Assembly (NCBI GenBank): GCA_036004685.1
Contig: DASYRE010000023.1
Span: 4,305-68,304, forward strand
Reading direction: 5' to 3'
DNA from: Candidatus Polarisedimenticolia bacterium
GTDB lineage: Bacteria > Acidobacteriota > Polarisedimenticolia > Gp22-AA2 > AA152
DNA: 64,000 bases
The notes under the pieces were generated by a model, which saw nothing but the letters and a program-made list of their open reading frames with translations, was not told the DNA's origin and searched no databases. Position 1 is the stretch's first letter, and every line of letters begins with the position of its first letter. The translations under genes and the position numbers were made by a program. Shown one piece after another: positions 20,785-33,904 of the stretch.

Positions 20785-23208
20785 ATGACCCAGCCCGTCC
20801 TTCCTGGACAACACGAGAAGGTCGAACGTCTTCCGCTCGTCCCGCTCCGGGACGTGGTGGTTTTCCCCTACACGATGATCCCGTTCGTCGTCGGCCGCAA
20901 GACGTCGCTCACCGCGGTCGAGCGCGCTCTGGAGACCGACAAGAAGCTGTTCCTCTCGACCCAGCGCGACGCCCGGACCGACGAGCCGAAGCCCGACGAG
21001 ATCAACTACGTCGGGACGGTCGTCAACGTCGTCCAGAGCCTGAAGCTCCCGAACGGGAACATCAAGCTCCTCGTGGAAGGCGTCAGCCGCGGCAAGGTGC
21101 TCGACATCCAGGAAGCCGACGGCTATTTCGTCACGACGCTCGAGCCGATCGACGTCAAGCCCGAGATGACTCCCGAGATGGAAGTCGAGATGGGGAAGGC
21201 GGTCTCGCTGTTCGAGAAGTACGTCAAGCTCAGCCCGAACCTCCCCTACGAGACGATGATCTCGACGATCCGCGTCTCGGAGCCGGGGCGCCTCACCGAT
21301 ACGATCGCCGCCCACCTGCAGGTGGGCGTCGAAGAGAAACAGAACCTCCTCGAGACCTTCGATCCGAAGGAGCGCCTGACGATCCTGGTGGAGCTCCTGG
21401 AGGGGGAGATCGAGAAGCTGCGGGTCGACCGCCGGATCCACCAGCGCGTGAAGAAGCAGATGGAGCGGGCGCAGAAGGAGTACTACCTCAACGAGAAGAT
21501 CAAGGCGATCCAGCAGGAGCTGGGGCGCAAGGACGAGCGAGGCAACGAGATCGAGGAGCTCAAGGAGAAGATCGAGGCCGCCAAGATGCCGAAGGAGGCC
21601 CACGAGAAGGCGATCCAGGAGCTCAAGCGCCTCGAGGTCATGCCGCCCGTCTCCGCCGAAGCGACCGTCTCGAGGAACTATCTGGAATGGCTCCTCGCGG
21701 TCCCCTGGACCAAGAAGACGAAAGAGAACCGCGACATCGATCGCGCCGAGAAGATTCTCAACGCCGACCATTACGGGCTGGAGAAGATCAAGGAGCGCAT
21801 CCTGGAGTTCCTGGCGGTGCGCCGGCTCGTCCGGAACGTCAAGAAGGGGTCGATCCTCTGCTTCGTCGGCCCGCCCGGCGTCGGGAAGACGTCGCTCGCC
21901 CAGAGCATCGCGCGCGCCACCGGACGGCGGTTCGTGCGCCTGTCGCTCGGCGGCGTCCGGGACGAGGCGGAGATCCGCGGACACCGTCGGACCTACATCG
22001 GCGCCTTCCCGGGACAGATCATCCAGATGATGCGCAAGGCCGGGACGCGGAACCCGGTGTTCCTGCTCGACGAGGTCGACAAAATGAGCATGGACTTCCG
22101 CGGTGACCCCTCGGCGGCCCTGCTGGAGGTCCTCGATCCGGAGCAGAACTCGACGTTCGTGGATCACTATCTCGACACCGAGTTCGACCTGACCCAGGTG
22201 ATGTTCATCGCCACGGCGAACGTGCTGCATCCCGTGCCGGCGGCCTTGAAAGACCGGATGGAAGTCATCCGCCTCGCCGGATACACCCTCAACGAAAAGA
22301 TCCGCATCGCCAAGCAGTTCCTCATCAACAAGCAGCTGGAGGCTCACGGCCTCCAACCGAAGAGCATCACCTTCGAGGACGAGGCGATCCGCGACGTCAT
22401 CGAGAACTACACGCGTGAAGCCGGGGTGAGGAACCTCGAGCGGGAGATCGCGTCGATCGCCCGGAAGCTCGCCCGCCGCGTCGTCAAGGAGGGAAGGAAC
22501 TACGAGCACGTCGTGAAGTCGGGGGAGATAACGGACTTCCTGGGCGTGCCCCGCTACCGGCCGAAGGACCAGGAGAAGGCGAAGAAGAGCGAGATCGGGG
22601 TCGCCACCGGCCTGGCCTGGACGGAGGTCGGAGGCGAGATCCTGATGACCGAGGCGACGCTCATGAAGGGGCGCGGCAAGATCACGATCACCGGGAAGCT
22701 GGGAGACGTCATGCAGGAATCGGCTCAGGCGGCGCTCAGCTACGTCCGCTCCCGCGCCGAGAGCCTGGGGATCGACGACGAGTTCCACAAGCTGTACGAC
22801 ATCCACATCCACGTTCCCGAGGGGGCCATCCCGAAAGACGGGCCTTCCGCGGGGATCACGATCGCGACCGCCCTGGCATCGCTCCTGACGAGGACGCCGG
22901 TCCGCAAGGAAGTGGCGATGACGGGGGAGATCACGCTCCGGGGGCAGGTCCTGCCGATCGGCGGGGTGAAGGAGAAGGTGCTCGCGGCGCACCGCCTCGG
23001 CATCACCACCATCATCCTGCCGCGCGACAACGAGAAAGACCTCTCGGAGATCCCCGAGGACATCCAGAAGGAGCTCGAATTCCGTCTGGTCGAGAGCATG
23101 GACGAAGTCCTCAACATCGCCCTGGAAAAGGAGCCCAAGGGAACTCCCCCCATCGAAAAGATCGAGAAGGGGTTTGACAAGAGCCTTCCCGACAGCTCCG
23201 TTCATTAG
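20785..23208 (+). CDS. lon: Lon protease (LonA)
   Basis: 807 aa. LON N-domain, AAA+ Walker [10 protein letters not shown], Walker B LLDEVDK, C-terminal protease domain with catalytic Ser in [10 protein letters not shown] and Lys downstream. Confidence 0.95.
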   Translation: MTQPVLPGQHEKVERLPLVPLRDVVVFPYTMIPFVVGRKTSLTAVERALETDKKLFLSTQRDARTDEPKPDEINYVGTVVNVVQSLKLPNGNIKLLVEGVSRGKVLDIQEADGYFVTTLEPIDVKPEMTPEMEVEMGKAVSLFEKYVKLSPNLPYETMISTIRVSEPGRLTDTIAAHLQVGVEEKQNLLETFDPKERLTILVELLEGEIEKLRVDRRIHQRVKKQMERAQKEYYLNEKIKAIQQELGRKDERGNEIEELKEKIEAAKMPKEAHEKAIQELKRLEVMPPVSAEATVSRNYLEWLLAVPWTKKTKENRDIDRAEKILNADHYGLEKIKERILEFLAVRRLVRNVKKGSILCFVGPPGVGKTSLAQSIARATGRRFVRLSLGGVRDEAEIRGHRRTYIGAFPGQIIQMMRKAGTRNPVFLLDEVDKMSMDFRGDPSAALLEVLDPEQNSTFVDHYLDTEFDLTQVMFIATANVLHPVPAALKDRMEVIRLAGYTLNEKIRIAKQFLINKQLEAHGLQPKSITFEDEAIRDVIENYTREAGVRNLEREIASIARKLARRVVKEGRNYEHVVKSGEITDFLGVPRYRPKDQEKAKKSEIGVATGLAWTEVGGEILMTEATLMKGRGKITITGKLGDVMQESAQAALSYVRSRAESLGIDDEFHKLYDIHIHVPEGAIPKDGPSAGITIATALASLLTRTPVRKEVAMTGEITLRGQVLPIGGVKEKVLAAHRLGITTIILPRDNEKDLSEIPEDIQKELEFRLVESMDEVLNIALEKEPKGTPPIEKIEKGFDKSLPDSSVH

Positions 23209-23268
23209 GTTGTCCTGAAGCCACATTCCCAGACATGTTCTCATGCGTCCCGCCCGATGCGGTGAGCC

Positions 23269-23871
23269 GTGAGGGTAGTCACCTGCGAATTCCTGGTGGG
23301 AGCCGCTGTTCCGCGAGACTTTCCGCCCGCGACGATTCCTGAGGTCGCCTTTCTCGGTCGCTCCAACGTCGGAAAGTCGAGCTTGATCAACGCACTCTTG
23401 GGCCGGCGCGGGCTGGCCCGCACCAGCAGGACGCCGGGCCGGACGAGGCAGGTGAATTTCTTCCGGGTGAACGACGCCTGCTTGTTCGTGGACCTTCCCG
23501 GGTACGGATTCGCCCGCGTTCCGAAGGCGACGCGGGAGGAGTGGAAGGTCCTCGTGGAAGCCTTCTTGGATCGCCGGCCCCCGGAAAGGCTGGCGCTGCT
23601 CATCGTGGACGCCCGGCACTCCCCGTCGCCGCTCGACCGGGAGATGCGGAACTGGCTCGAGGACCGGAGAATGCCCTATCGGATCGCGGCCACGAAATGC
23701 GATAAGCTTAGCGCGAACGAACGGAACAGGAGTCTCAAAACCCACCTCAAGGAAATCCACCGACCGGATCTGCTGATCCCATGCTCCGCGGAGACGCGGG
23801 AAGGGATTCCCCGGATCTGGGCCGCCATCGACGGGATGCTGAATGAAACGACACCCTCGCCCGGAACGTAA
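23269..23871 (+). CDS. engB: Ribosome biogenesis GTP-binding protein EngB/YsxC/YihA
   Basis: GTG start. G1 [10 protein letters not shown]3 DLPGYG, G4 TKCDK. ~200 aa as typical. Confidence 0.85.
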   Translation: MRVVTCEFLVGAAVPRDFPPATIPEVAFLGRSNVGKSSLINALLGRRGLARTSRTPGRTRQVNFFRVNDACLFVDLPGYGFARVPKATREEWKVLVEAFLDRRPPERLALLIVDARHSPSPLDREMRNWLEDRRMPYRIAATKCDKLSANERNRSLKTHLKEIHRPDLLIPCSAETREGIPRIWAAIDGMLNETTPSPGT

Positions 23872-23920
23872 CCCGAACTCCAACCCCTCCGCCCGTCCCG
23901 TCCGTTACGCGGACGACGAA

Positions 23921-25276
<1,356 letters not shown>

Positions 25277-25360
25277 GGATCGCCTCTAACCCAGTCCCGC
25301 CCCTCGGACACGATCCGAGGAGGATCCCTCCAGGGCAGACTGCGCAAGCGGTGGAATATC

Positions 25361-25390
25361 TTGCTGAGTGAGGCGGTTGGAGCGTAGAAT
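25361..25390 (+). promoter_or_regulatory. Putative sigma70-type promoter for rpmE operon (-35 TTGCTG, 18-nt spacer, -10 TAGAAT)
   Basis: TTGCTG 25361-25366 and TAGAAT 25385-25390. GGAGAG RBS 25401-25406 before ATG 25412. Confidence 0.4.
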
Positions 25391-25411
25391 AACGCACTTT
25401 GGAGAGTAGCG

Positions 25412-25633
25412 ATGAAAGCCAAGATCCATCCCAACTACAAGGAAGTCACGGTGGTGTGCGCCTGTGGCGAGACCTTCGTGACCCGCAGCACCATGAAGGA
25501 GGTGCGCCTGGAAATCTGCTCCAAGTGCCATCCCTTCTTCACGGGCAAGCAGAAGCTGATCGACTCCGCCGGGCGCGTCGAGCGGTTCAACCGCCGCTAC
25601 CGCGGCGGCAGCCCCGCGGGCTCCGCGAGCTGA
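25412..25633 (+). CDS. rpmE: 50S ribosomal protein L31 (zinc-ribbon type A)
   Basis: 73 aa. [12 protein letters not shown]… with CxC…CxxC (CACGETF…[10 protein letters not shown]) motif. Confidence 0.9.
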   Translation: MKAKIHPNYKEVTVVCACGETFVTRSTMKEVRLEICSKCHPFFTGKQKLIDSAGRVERFNRRYRGGSPAGSAS

Positions 25634-25646
25634 AGGGCCGCCGGCC

Positions 25647-26573
25647 GTGAGCGAAGAGGTCCTTTTGGGCGGGCAGGCGGTCATCGAGGGCGTGATGATG
25701 CGCGCGCCCGGGGCCTACGCCGTCGCCGTCCGCCGCAAAGGGGGCGATGTCGTCACCCAGCGCAAGGCGGTGACGCGTTACACTGATCGGCATCCCTTCC
25801 TGCGCGCTCCCGTCCTGCGCGGTTGCGTGGCGCTCTTCCAATCGCTCGCCCTCGGAATCCGGGCCCTGAACTTCTCCGCCGAGCAGGCCTTGGACGCGGA
25901 TCAGGAAGAGGGCTCCGACTCGAAGTCCTCGGGCGGATGGGCCGTGGCGGGCTCGCTGTTTTTCGCGCTGCTCTTCGCGCTCGGCCTGTTCTTCTATCTC
26001 CCGCTTTTCCTGACCGACGTCCTGGCGCGATCGCTCCCGGTTCTCGGGCACGGGTTCGCTTACAGCCTGGTGGACGGCGGCATCCGCATCCTCCTCTTCA
26101 TCCTTTACATCCTGGGGATTTCACTTTCCGGGGAGATGCGCCGGGTCTTCCGGTACCATGGTGCCGAGCACAAGGTGGTCCATGCCTATGAGGCGGGTGA
26201 GGAGCTGACGGTGGCGAACGCCCGGCGGCACAGCACCCTGCACCCGCGCTGCGGCACCAGCTTTCTCCTGTTCGTCATGATCCTCTCGGCCCTGGCGTTC
26301 GCGATGATTCCCACTTCCACTCCGTTCGTCGGAAAGCTGGTCGCCCGCCTGGTCCTTCTGCCCCTCATCGCCGGCTGCTCTTTCGAGCTTCTCCGGGCGA
26401 GCGCGCGGCGGGCCGGGACCCCTCTCTTTTCCCTCGTCGTGGCGCCCGGCCTCTGGCTGCAGCGCCTGACGACGCTCGAGCCGGCGGACGAGCACCTCTC
26501 GGTTGCGATCGAGGCGCTCCGCGCCGCCATGGGCGGCGACGTTCCTGTCCGGCGCGAAGCGCTTCCTCTCTAA
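25647..26573 (+). CDS. DUF1385 family membrane protein (YqhQ-like), conserved neighbour of prfA
   Basis: GTG start 14 nt after rpm[15 protein letters not shown]-terminal block, …[15 protein letters not shown]… block, several TM segments. High GC3. Confidence 0.7.
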   Translation: MSEEVLLGGQAVIEGVMMRAPGAYAVAVRRKGGDVVTQRKAVTRYTDRHPFLRAPVLRGCVALFQSLALGIRALNFSAEQALDADQEEGSDSKSSGGWAVAGSLFFALLFALGLFFYLPLFLTDVLARSLPVLGHGFAYSLVDGGIRILLFILYILGISLSGEMRRVFRYHGAEHKVVHAYEAGEELTVANARRHSTLHPRCGTSFLLFVMILSALAFAMIPTSTPFVGKLVARLVLLPLIAGCSFELLRASARRAGTPLFSLVVAPGLWLQRLTTLEPADEHLSVAIEALRAAMGGDVPVRREALPL

Positions 26574-26587
26574 GCGGCGGTCCTCCC

Positions 26588-27684
<1,097 letters not shown>

Positions 27685-27688
<4 letters not shown>

Positions 27689-28563
27689 CGGAGGCCTCCG
27701 CTCCCACCCTCGGCGATCTGGCGAGGGAGGGCGCCGCCTACCTCGAGGAGAGGTCGGTGCCTGCCGCGCGGTTCGACGCCGAAGTCCTTCTGGCCCACAC
27801 AATGGGACTCGATCGCTCGGCGCTGCTCCCCAGACTGCGGGAGAGCGCGGCGGCCGATGCCGTCGCCTCCTTTCGCGGGCTTCTCGAGCGCCGCGGGCGG
27901 CGGATTCCGCTGCAGCACCTCACCGGTCACCAGGAGTTCTGGTCGCTCGATTTCCAGGTCGATGCCAGGGTCCTGATTCCCCGGGCCGAGACGGAGCTGG
28001 TGGTGGAGGCGGCGATCGCGATGGCTTCATCGCCCTCCTTCCGGATCGCCGACGTCGGTACCGGGAGCGGCAACATCGCCATCGCGCTGGCACGAGAGCT
28101 TCCCCAGGCCGAGATCTGGGCCACCGACGTCTCCGCGGCGGCCCTGGAGGTCGCGCGGGGGAACGCCGCGCGTCACGGGGTCGAAAAGAGGATCGTGTTT
28201 CTCGAGGGGGATCTGGGGCGTCCGCTGGAAGGCGAGGTTCGACCCGGCGGCCTCGATCTCCTCGTCTCCAACCCTCCGTACGTCGGCCAGCTCGAGCTGG
28301 CTTCGCTGGCGCCTGAAGTGCGCGAGCACGAGCCGCGCTCGGCGCTCGTTCCCCCGGGGGGCGAGCCGCTGGCGCTTTATCCTGCGTTGCTGGCGGCCGG
28401 GAGGAGGTTCCTCCGCTCGGGAGGCCATCTCATCCTGGAGCTGCCGGCCGGTGGGGCCGAGAAACTGCCTCCGCTGCTTCGCGCGGCAGGAGAGCTGGAC
28501 TTGGTCGAGGTGCGGACCGACTACTCGAGGATCCCCCGCATTCTGGTCGTCCGGCGGAGATGA
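27685..28563 (+). CDS. prmC: Release-factor glutamine N5-methyltransferase PrmC (HemK)
   Basis: GTG at 27685 overlaps prfA TGA (GTGA). SAM-binding [11 protein letters not shown], catalytic NPPY (LLVSNPPYV). The 5' extension of ORF 26503..28563 overlapping prfA is rejected. Confidence 0.85.
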
Positions 28564-28567
28564 GCCG

Positions 28568-29785
28568 ATGAAGGATCCGCGCGCTCCGATGATCCCGGTG
28601 GCGCAGGCGCTGGAGATCGTGCTTCGCGAGGCGGCGCCGCTCCAGCCGGAGAGAATTCCGCTGCGCGAGGCGATGGGCAGGGCGCTTGCCGAAGATGTCC
28701 TCGCGGACGCCGACCAGCCTCCCTTCCCGAAGGCGCTGATGGACGGCTTCGCCGTCCGATCCGGCGACCTGCGCGACGTCCCCGTCGAGCTGCGCCTCGT
28801 CGAGGAGATCACGGCGGGCCACGTGCCGCGGCGGAGGATCGACAGGGGCGAGACCGCCCGAATCATGACGGGCGCGCCGATCCCCGACGGGGCCGACGCC
28901 GTTCAGGTGGTGGAGCGCAGCGAGCCCGCCGGCGAAGGCAAGGTCAGGATTCTGGAGAAGGTGGAGGCCGGGGCGAATATCGCTCCGAAAGGCTGCGAGA
29001 TCCGGGTCGGCCAGAAGGTCCTGGAGGCCGGAGAGCCGCTGACGCCCGCCCGGATCGGCGTCCTCGCGTCGGTGGGGCGCGCGCAAGTCTCCGCTCATCG
29101 CCTGCCGCGCGTGAGTCTCGCGGCCACGGGCGACGAGCTCGTGGAAGCCGAACGGACTCCTCCGGCCGGTAAGATCCGGAACAGCAACGGCCCGGCGCTC
29201 GGCGCCCGGGCCAAGAGCCTCGGCGCGGAAGTCGTCGATCTGGGAATCGTCCGGGACGATCCCGAGACGCTGCGCGATTGCCTGGGCCGCGGCCTGCAGG
29301 GCGATCTTCTGCTGCTCTCCGGAGGCGTCTCGATGGGGGTGCACGATCTCGTCGAAGCGGCGCTCGCCGAGGCGGGAGTCGAAGTCTTCATCCGCAAGAT
29401 CGCGATCCGTCCCGGAAAGCCGGCCGTCTTCGGGCGCAAGGGGTCCTGCCTGGTCTTCGGCCTTCCCGGGAATCCGGTGTCGTCCTTGGTGATCTTCGAA
29501 GTCCTGGCGGCCGTCGCGATCCGCAAGATGTTGGGATGGGCGAAGCCGGAAGGGGAGCTCGTCGAGGCGGTCCTGGAGGAGGAGGTTCGCCAGCGTGCCG
29601 GCCGCACGTCCTATCTCCCGGGACGGCTGCGCTTCGAAGGCGGCTCGATCTTCGTCCAGCCTATCCGCTCCCAGGGCTCGGCCGATCTCCTCGCCCACTC
29701 CCGCGCCGACGCTCTCTTCATCGTCCCCGCCGACCGGGAGAGTATCTCCGCAGGAGAGAGGGTACGTATCCTCCTCCTGACGTAA
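28568..29785 (+). CDS. moeA: Molybdopterin molybdenumtransferase MoeA
   Basis: 405 aa. MoeA N/linker domains and MoCF-biosynthesis domain (…SGGVSMGVHD…), GLPGNP block. ATG 5 nt after prmC stop. Confidence 0.85.
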   Translation: MKDPRAPMIPVAQALEIVLREAAPLQPERIPLREAMGRALAEDVLADADQPPFPKALMDGFAVRSGDLRDVPVELRLVEEITAGHVPRRRIDRGETARIMTGAPIPDGADAVQVVERSEPAGEGKVRILEKVEAGANIAPKGCEIRVGQKVLEAGEPLTPARIGVLASVGRAQVSAHRLPRVSLAATGDELVEAERTPPAGKIRNSNGPALGARAKSLGAEVVDLGIVRDDPETLRDCLGRGLQGDLLLLSGGVSMGVHDLVEAALAEAGVEVFIRKIAIRPGKPAVFGRKGSCLVFGLPGNPVSSLVIFEVLAAVAIRKMLGWAKPEGELVEAVLEEEVRQRAGRTSYLPGRLRFEGGSIFVQPIRSQGSADLLAHSRADALFIVPADRESISAGERVRILLLT

Positions 29786-29845
29786 GATAGGCACGCAATC
29801 GGAAGCGCTCTCGCCTCATCGTGCTGAGCCATCGAGGAGTGTGCC

Positions 29846-30409
29846 ATGCTTGCTCTTCGTAGGATCCGGCCGTTCGTCATCTGCGCAATGCTCTTGTCAC
29901 TGGTCGACGGCCCTCTGGTGAGGAGCATAGCTTCCGAGAAGACAAAGAACGATAGCGCGGAATCACTCCTGAAGGTGCTCATCCGCACGGATCGAGAGAA
30001 GTATTCCGTGAAGGACGTCGTGAAGCTGTGTATATGGTTCGAAGCCGACGGATGGATCTTTATCGATGGAAGGATGCTCCTGGGTGGGCCGGTGTACGGT
30101 CTCACGCTGGAAGTGAATGACGAGTGGGGAAAACCTGTGCGCTTTGGCACCTTCGCCGATGCGCGACTTCCTCCACCGCCGCCGAGAGATGGGGTGCTCG
30201 TTGCACTCGACGAGGATTCATTCTATGGGACGAGGATTAAACTGAACGTCAAGCAAATATTTCAAAAGCCTGGAAAATACTCCATCCGTGTCATCTACAA
30301 GGGCTGGGTTGAAAGAGGGAAGGATCCCCCTCCTCTGGAAGATCTGCTTCCGATTTGGGAAGCGCCATCGGTTCCTTCCGAGCCGGTATGGATCAAGATC
30401 ACTCGTTAG
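29846..30409 (+). CDS. Hypothetical secreted protein, low-GC orphan ORF
   Basis: 187 aa. Signal peptide MLALRRIRPFVICAMLLSLVDGPLVRS. GC ~50% falling to ~43% at 3' end versus ~68% background. RBS GGAG 8 nt upstream. No recognisable domain. Confidence 0.5.
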   Translation: MLALRRIRPFVICAMLLSLVDGPLVRSIASEKTKNDSAESLLKVLIRTDREKYSVKDVVKLCIWFEADGWIFIDGRMLLGGPVYGLTLEVNDEWGKPVRFGTFADARLPPPPPRDGVLVALDEDSFYGTRIKLNVKQIFQKPGKYSIRVIYKGWVERGKDPPPLEDLLPIWEAPSVPSEPVWIKITR

Positions 30410-30535
30410 CGAATGCTGCCTGCCTGGTCCGGCGCAGCCAGTCGGTTCGCTCGTCCGGTGAAGTTCTCAGGACCCATCTGGAGTGAATACTGCGCGCGGC
30501 AATCCGGGATGGCTTCCAGGGCCTTTGATCGAGGC

Positions 30536-33466
30536 CTACCTGCGGCGGAGCAGGTCTTGATAGAGGTTCTGCAGGGGAGGGTTGTCGGGGTGGCGCGCCA
30601 GGCTGTCGCGGGCGAAGGCGAGGGCGTCGTCGGAGCGCTTGAGGCGCAGGTAGCTCAGGACGATCCCCAGATCGGCGCGCGCCGATACCGGGCCCCCGAT
30701 CTCCCGGGCCTTCTGGAAAGCGGCGAGGGCGCGCTCCGTGTCGCCGGTGCGCAGGCGTACGTTCCCCAATCCGAGGTAGAGATCGGCGTTCGGCGACGCG
30801 GCGGCCGCCTTGTCGAGCACGGCCCCGGCCTCATCCCACCGCCCTAGATCCATCAGAGTCAGTCCGAGGTTCAGCGAGAATCGCGCATCGGCCGGGTTCA
30901 GCTCGACGGCCCGCCGGAAGTGCCGGTAGGCCTCCTCCTTCCTGCCCGCCTCCGAGTCGAGCGCGCCGAGAAGGTTGTGATATTCGTCGATGCGCTCGCT
31001 TTTCCGCAGACCGGCCTCCAGGGTCGGGCGGAGCGCTTCGAGCCTTCCTTCCCGACTCAGGTACCCGACCAGCTGCTTCGCAGCGCCCACCAGCGTCGGA
31101 TCGGCGCGCAGCGCCTCCCAATACAGCCGCTGCGCCTCCTCGGCGCGCCCCCCCGCTTCAGCGAGCTGTCCCTCGGCGGCGCTCCGGATCGCCGGCGCTT
31201 CTTTCAGCCCCTTCCGGTGGTCGTCCAGAAACGCCTTCCCTCCCGCCGGGTCGCCCAGCTCGGTGGAAAGCTGGACGTACCAGAGGACCGAATCGGCCCC
31301 CATCCCTTCCGGCACTTCCTTCCATCCCTGTTCCAGCGCCCGCCTCGCTTCCTGCTTGCGCCCCAGCGCGTCGTACGATTCCGCGAGCATGGCGTAAGTC
31401 TTCGGCAGCTTCTCGCGGCGGTTCGCTTCCAGCAGCTCGGCGATCGCCTGCGGATAGTCTCGCTGATTCAAATAATAGGTCGCCATGTTCCGGTGATACG
31501 TCACGGGCGTGTCTTCCGGCGCGGCGGCCGAGGAGGCGGCGGTTCCGGGCGCCGCTTCGACTCGCGGCGAGCTTTTCTCCGAACCAGGCTTCGCTGGCTC
31601 CGATTCGGGATTCCCGTCGTTCCCGCCGACGTACCCGAGGGCGCGAAGCTGGGCCATCATCTCGGCGGAAACCTCTTCCGAGCTTCCCGAGGCTTCCTCC
31701 GTCTCCCGCGGCGCCCCCACTCCTTCGTAGGTCGGAACGTGCTGCGGCGGGAATTTCGCGAGAAAGGCCGGATCAATCGCCTCTGCGAGGACCGCGCCCG
31801 GCATGTCGGAGGGCACCGGCAGCCCGAGCAGGGCCAGGACCGTCGGAGCGACGTCGAACAGTGTCACCGAGTCCTGCCGGGCACGCCGGGCGGCGCCCGG
31901 ACCGCTCAGGACGAAGATTCCCTCCTCGCGGTGCCACTCCACCGGCTGGTCCACGGTGAAGGGAAGAATCCCCTCCATCCGGCGCGCGCCCGCCTTGAAT
32001 CCATGATCCGAGAGGATCATCACCGTCGTCTCGGGCCCCGCCCTGCGAATCAAATCTCCCAACAGCTCGTCCTGATAGACGTAATACTCGGTCACGACGC
32101 GGTGGAACTTCTGAAACTCCTCCGCGCTCACCATCGCCATCTTTGGCGGCAAGTAATGCTGGAAACGATGCCCGACCAGGTCGATCCCCTCGAAGTACAC
32201 GGCGGTCAGATCGAATCGCCGGCCCGCGAGATCCAGCGCAATCGCCTGGTAATTGCGCGCCGCGGTCAGGATCTTGATCAGCAGGCCGACGGGATCCTGC
32301 GGCGGGATATTCTCCTTCTTGGTTTTCGGGGCGGCCGGCGGATGCGCGATCCAGTCCAGCCCCGCCTGGTATTCGGCCGGCGTCACGTCGGCGAAGCGCC
32401 TGACTTCCTCGAGGGACACCTGGCGCGGCAGCGCCAGCTTCGGCAGGATCTCCTTGAGGTAGCCGGGCGGGTAGGTGTGGCCGGGACGGCCAGCGAGGCC
32501 TTCGCGGTTCGGAAGCATGCTCAAGGCCGCCACGCGATCCGATACGAGAATTCCGTCCAGATGATCGGCCGGATACGAGGCCCACCACGCCACGATGCCG
32601 GCTGAGCGCCCCAGGTCGCTCGCGATGTTCCAGAGCGACTTCACCTTCCGATAACGGCTGCCGATCGGAACCTTGTTCCCGGTCGCCTTCTCGATCACGC
32701 TGAAATCCGCCACGCCGTGCAGGTCGGGTCCTTTGCCGGTCGCGACCGTCGTCCAGAGTAGCGGGGAAATCATCGGATTGTAGGAACGCATTCCGGCCCG
32801 GACTCCCGAATCGACCAGCCGCTTCATGGCGGGCATCCGGCCGGCGCCCACCAGAGGATCGATGATCTCCCAGTCCGCCGCGTCGAGCCCGATGACCAGC
32901 AGGCGAACGCCGGTGCGCCGCGAGCGCCCCGCGTAGTCGCTCCGCAGGAGATTGCGGGTGAAATCCGAGGGCAGCCGGACCTCCCATTTCAGGTTCGACA
33001 GCCGTATCCCCGCCGCCTCCAGCGCCTGCGTCATGGAATGGGAGAGGGGAGGTTCGATGGACGCGTGGTCGAGAAACTCGGCCGCCGAGCGACCCGAGAG
33101 GTTCCTCTTCAGGGCCTCGGAAGCGGCTTCTTCCAGCAACGCATGAAACCCTTCGTGCCGTTTCGCGGCGGTTGTGGAAAGAGCCGCCGGATCGACCTCG
33201 AAATGGAAGCTCAGCTGGACGCTGCCTCGGATTCCCTCCTTGCTCGAGACCGGCAAGGGCGGCAAGGCGCCGTCGCCCCTTTCGGAGAGGATCGCCACCG
33301 GGGTGAAAGGCGAGACGAGATGTATTCCCGGACGAAGGACGCGACGACCGGCGACGCCGAAGTGCTCCTGCGGAACCCGTACGATTCCGCGACCGGTGGT
33401 CCAAGCAACGCCGAGCGAGAGAGTGAGAATTCCGATGATCACAAAGGGGAGGAATCGCCGGCTCAT
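30536..33466 (-). CDS. Membrane-anchored alkaline-phosphatase-superfamily (type I phosphodiesterase/nucleotide pyrophosphatase-like) protein fused to C-terminal TPR repeats
   Basis: 976 aa. N-terminal TM (FLPFVIIGILTLSLGVAW). AP-core motifs (LLVIGLDAADWEII…, …SPLLWTTVATGKGPDLHGV…, …MILSDHGF…). Then ≥8 TPR units at C-terminus. Confidence 0.7.
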   Translation of the reverse strand: MSRRFLPFVIIGILTLSLGVAWTTGRGIVRVPQEHFGVAGRRVLRPGIHLVSPFTPVAILSERGDGALPPLPVSSKEGIRGSVQLSFHFEVDPAALSTTAAKRHEGFHALLEEAASEALKRNLSGRSAAEFLDHASIEPPLSHSMTQALEAAGIRLSNLKWEVRLPSDFTRNLLRSDYAGRSRRTGVRLLVIGLDAADWEIIDPLVGAGRMPAMKRLVDSGVRAGMRSYNPMISPLLWTTVATGKGPDLHGVADFSVIEKATGNKVPIGSRYRKVKSLWNIASDLGRSAGIVAWWASYPADHLDGILVSDRVAALSMLPNREGLAGRPGHTYPPGYLKEILPKLALPRQVSLEEVRRFADVTPAEYQAGLDWIAHPPAAPKTKKENIPPQDPVGLLIKILTAARNYQAIALDLAGRRFDLTAVYFEGIDLVGHRFQHYLPPKMAMVSAEEFQKFHRVVTEYYVYQDELLGDLIRRAGPETTVMILSDHGFKAGARRMEGILPFTVDQPVEWHREEGIFVLSGPGAARRARQDSVTLFDVAPTVLALLGLPVPSDMPGAVLAEAIDPAFLAKFPPQHVPTYEGVGAPRETEEASGSSEEVSAEMMAQLRALGYVGGNDGNPESEPAKPGSEKSSPRVEAAPGTAASSAAAPEDTPVTYHRNMATYYLNQRDYPQAIAELLEANRREKLPKTYAMLAESYDALGRKQEARRALEQGWKEVPEGMGADSVLWYVQLSTELGDPAGGKAFLDDHRKGLKEAPAIRSAAEGQLAEAGGRAEEAQRLYWEALRADPTLVGAAKQLVGYLSREGRLEALRPTLEAGLRKSERIDEYHNLLGALDSEAGRKEEAYRHFRRAVELNPADARFSLNLGLTLMDLGRWDEAGAVLDKAAAASPNADLYLGLGNVRLRTGDTERALAAFQKAREIGGPVSARADLGIVLSYLRLKRSDDALAFARDSLARHPDNPPLQNLYQDLLRRR

Positions 33467-33730
33467 CGCCAGCAGTCTACGCCGGGGAATGGGTCCGCCT
33501 CAAGGAGGCGCCGAGGATCGGGCCTTGGGCCCGAGGGGATGGGGACACCGACCTAATCATTGAGGAGCAGCCGACAATTCCGATGGGAGGAGGGAGAACG
33601 CCCGCATCTGCAACGAGGAAGCGAGTCGGCCCTCCGAGTCGGACGCATGAATCTGTTCCGGATGAAGCGCCGCCCCAGGATGTGCGGTACGGGGAGGTCA
33701 GGAGCTCGGTATCCGACGAACGATCTCGCA

Positions 33731-33750
33731 TCACGAAAATGTAATCGTGA
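33731..33750. promoter_or_regulatory. Palindromic candidate operator TCACGAAAATGTAATCGTGA in divergent promoter region
   Basis: 6-bp inverted arms TCACGA/TCGTGA around an 8-nt AT-rich spacer. Lies in the 440-bp region between divergent genes 30536..33466(-) and 33905..36088(+). Confidence 0.3.
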
Positions 33751-33904
33751 TCTCCTCCACGGGACGCGCTCGAAGGTTCCTTGGGGTCCATCATCCCTCA
33801 TCGGACTCGACACATGCACCTCGGAGCCTATATTGCAATTGCGGCCCTCCGTAAGAGGTGAAAAGCCTCGGGGCCCGCCATCACATCTTGTTCTTGAGGT
33901 GCTC

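Noticed and set aside
28430-29794. 454-aa minus-strand ORF
   Set aside because: Antisense to moeA.
31773-33404. 543-aa minus-strand ORF and 30920..32605 plus-strand ORF
   Set aside because: Alternate frame / antisense of the phosphatase-TPR gene. Arg/Gly-rich, no motifs.
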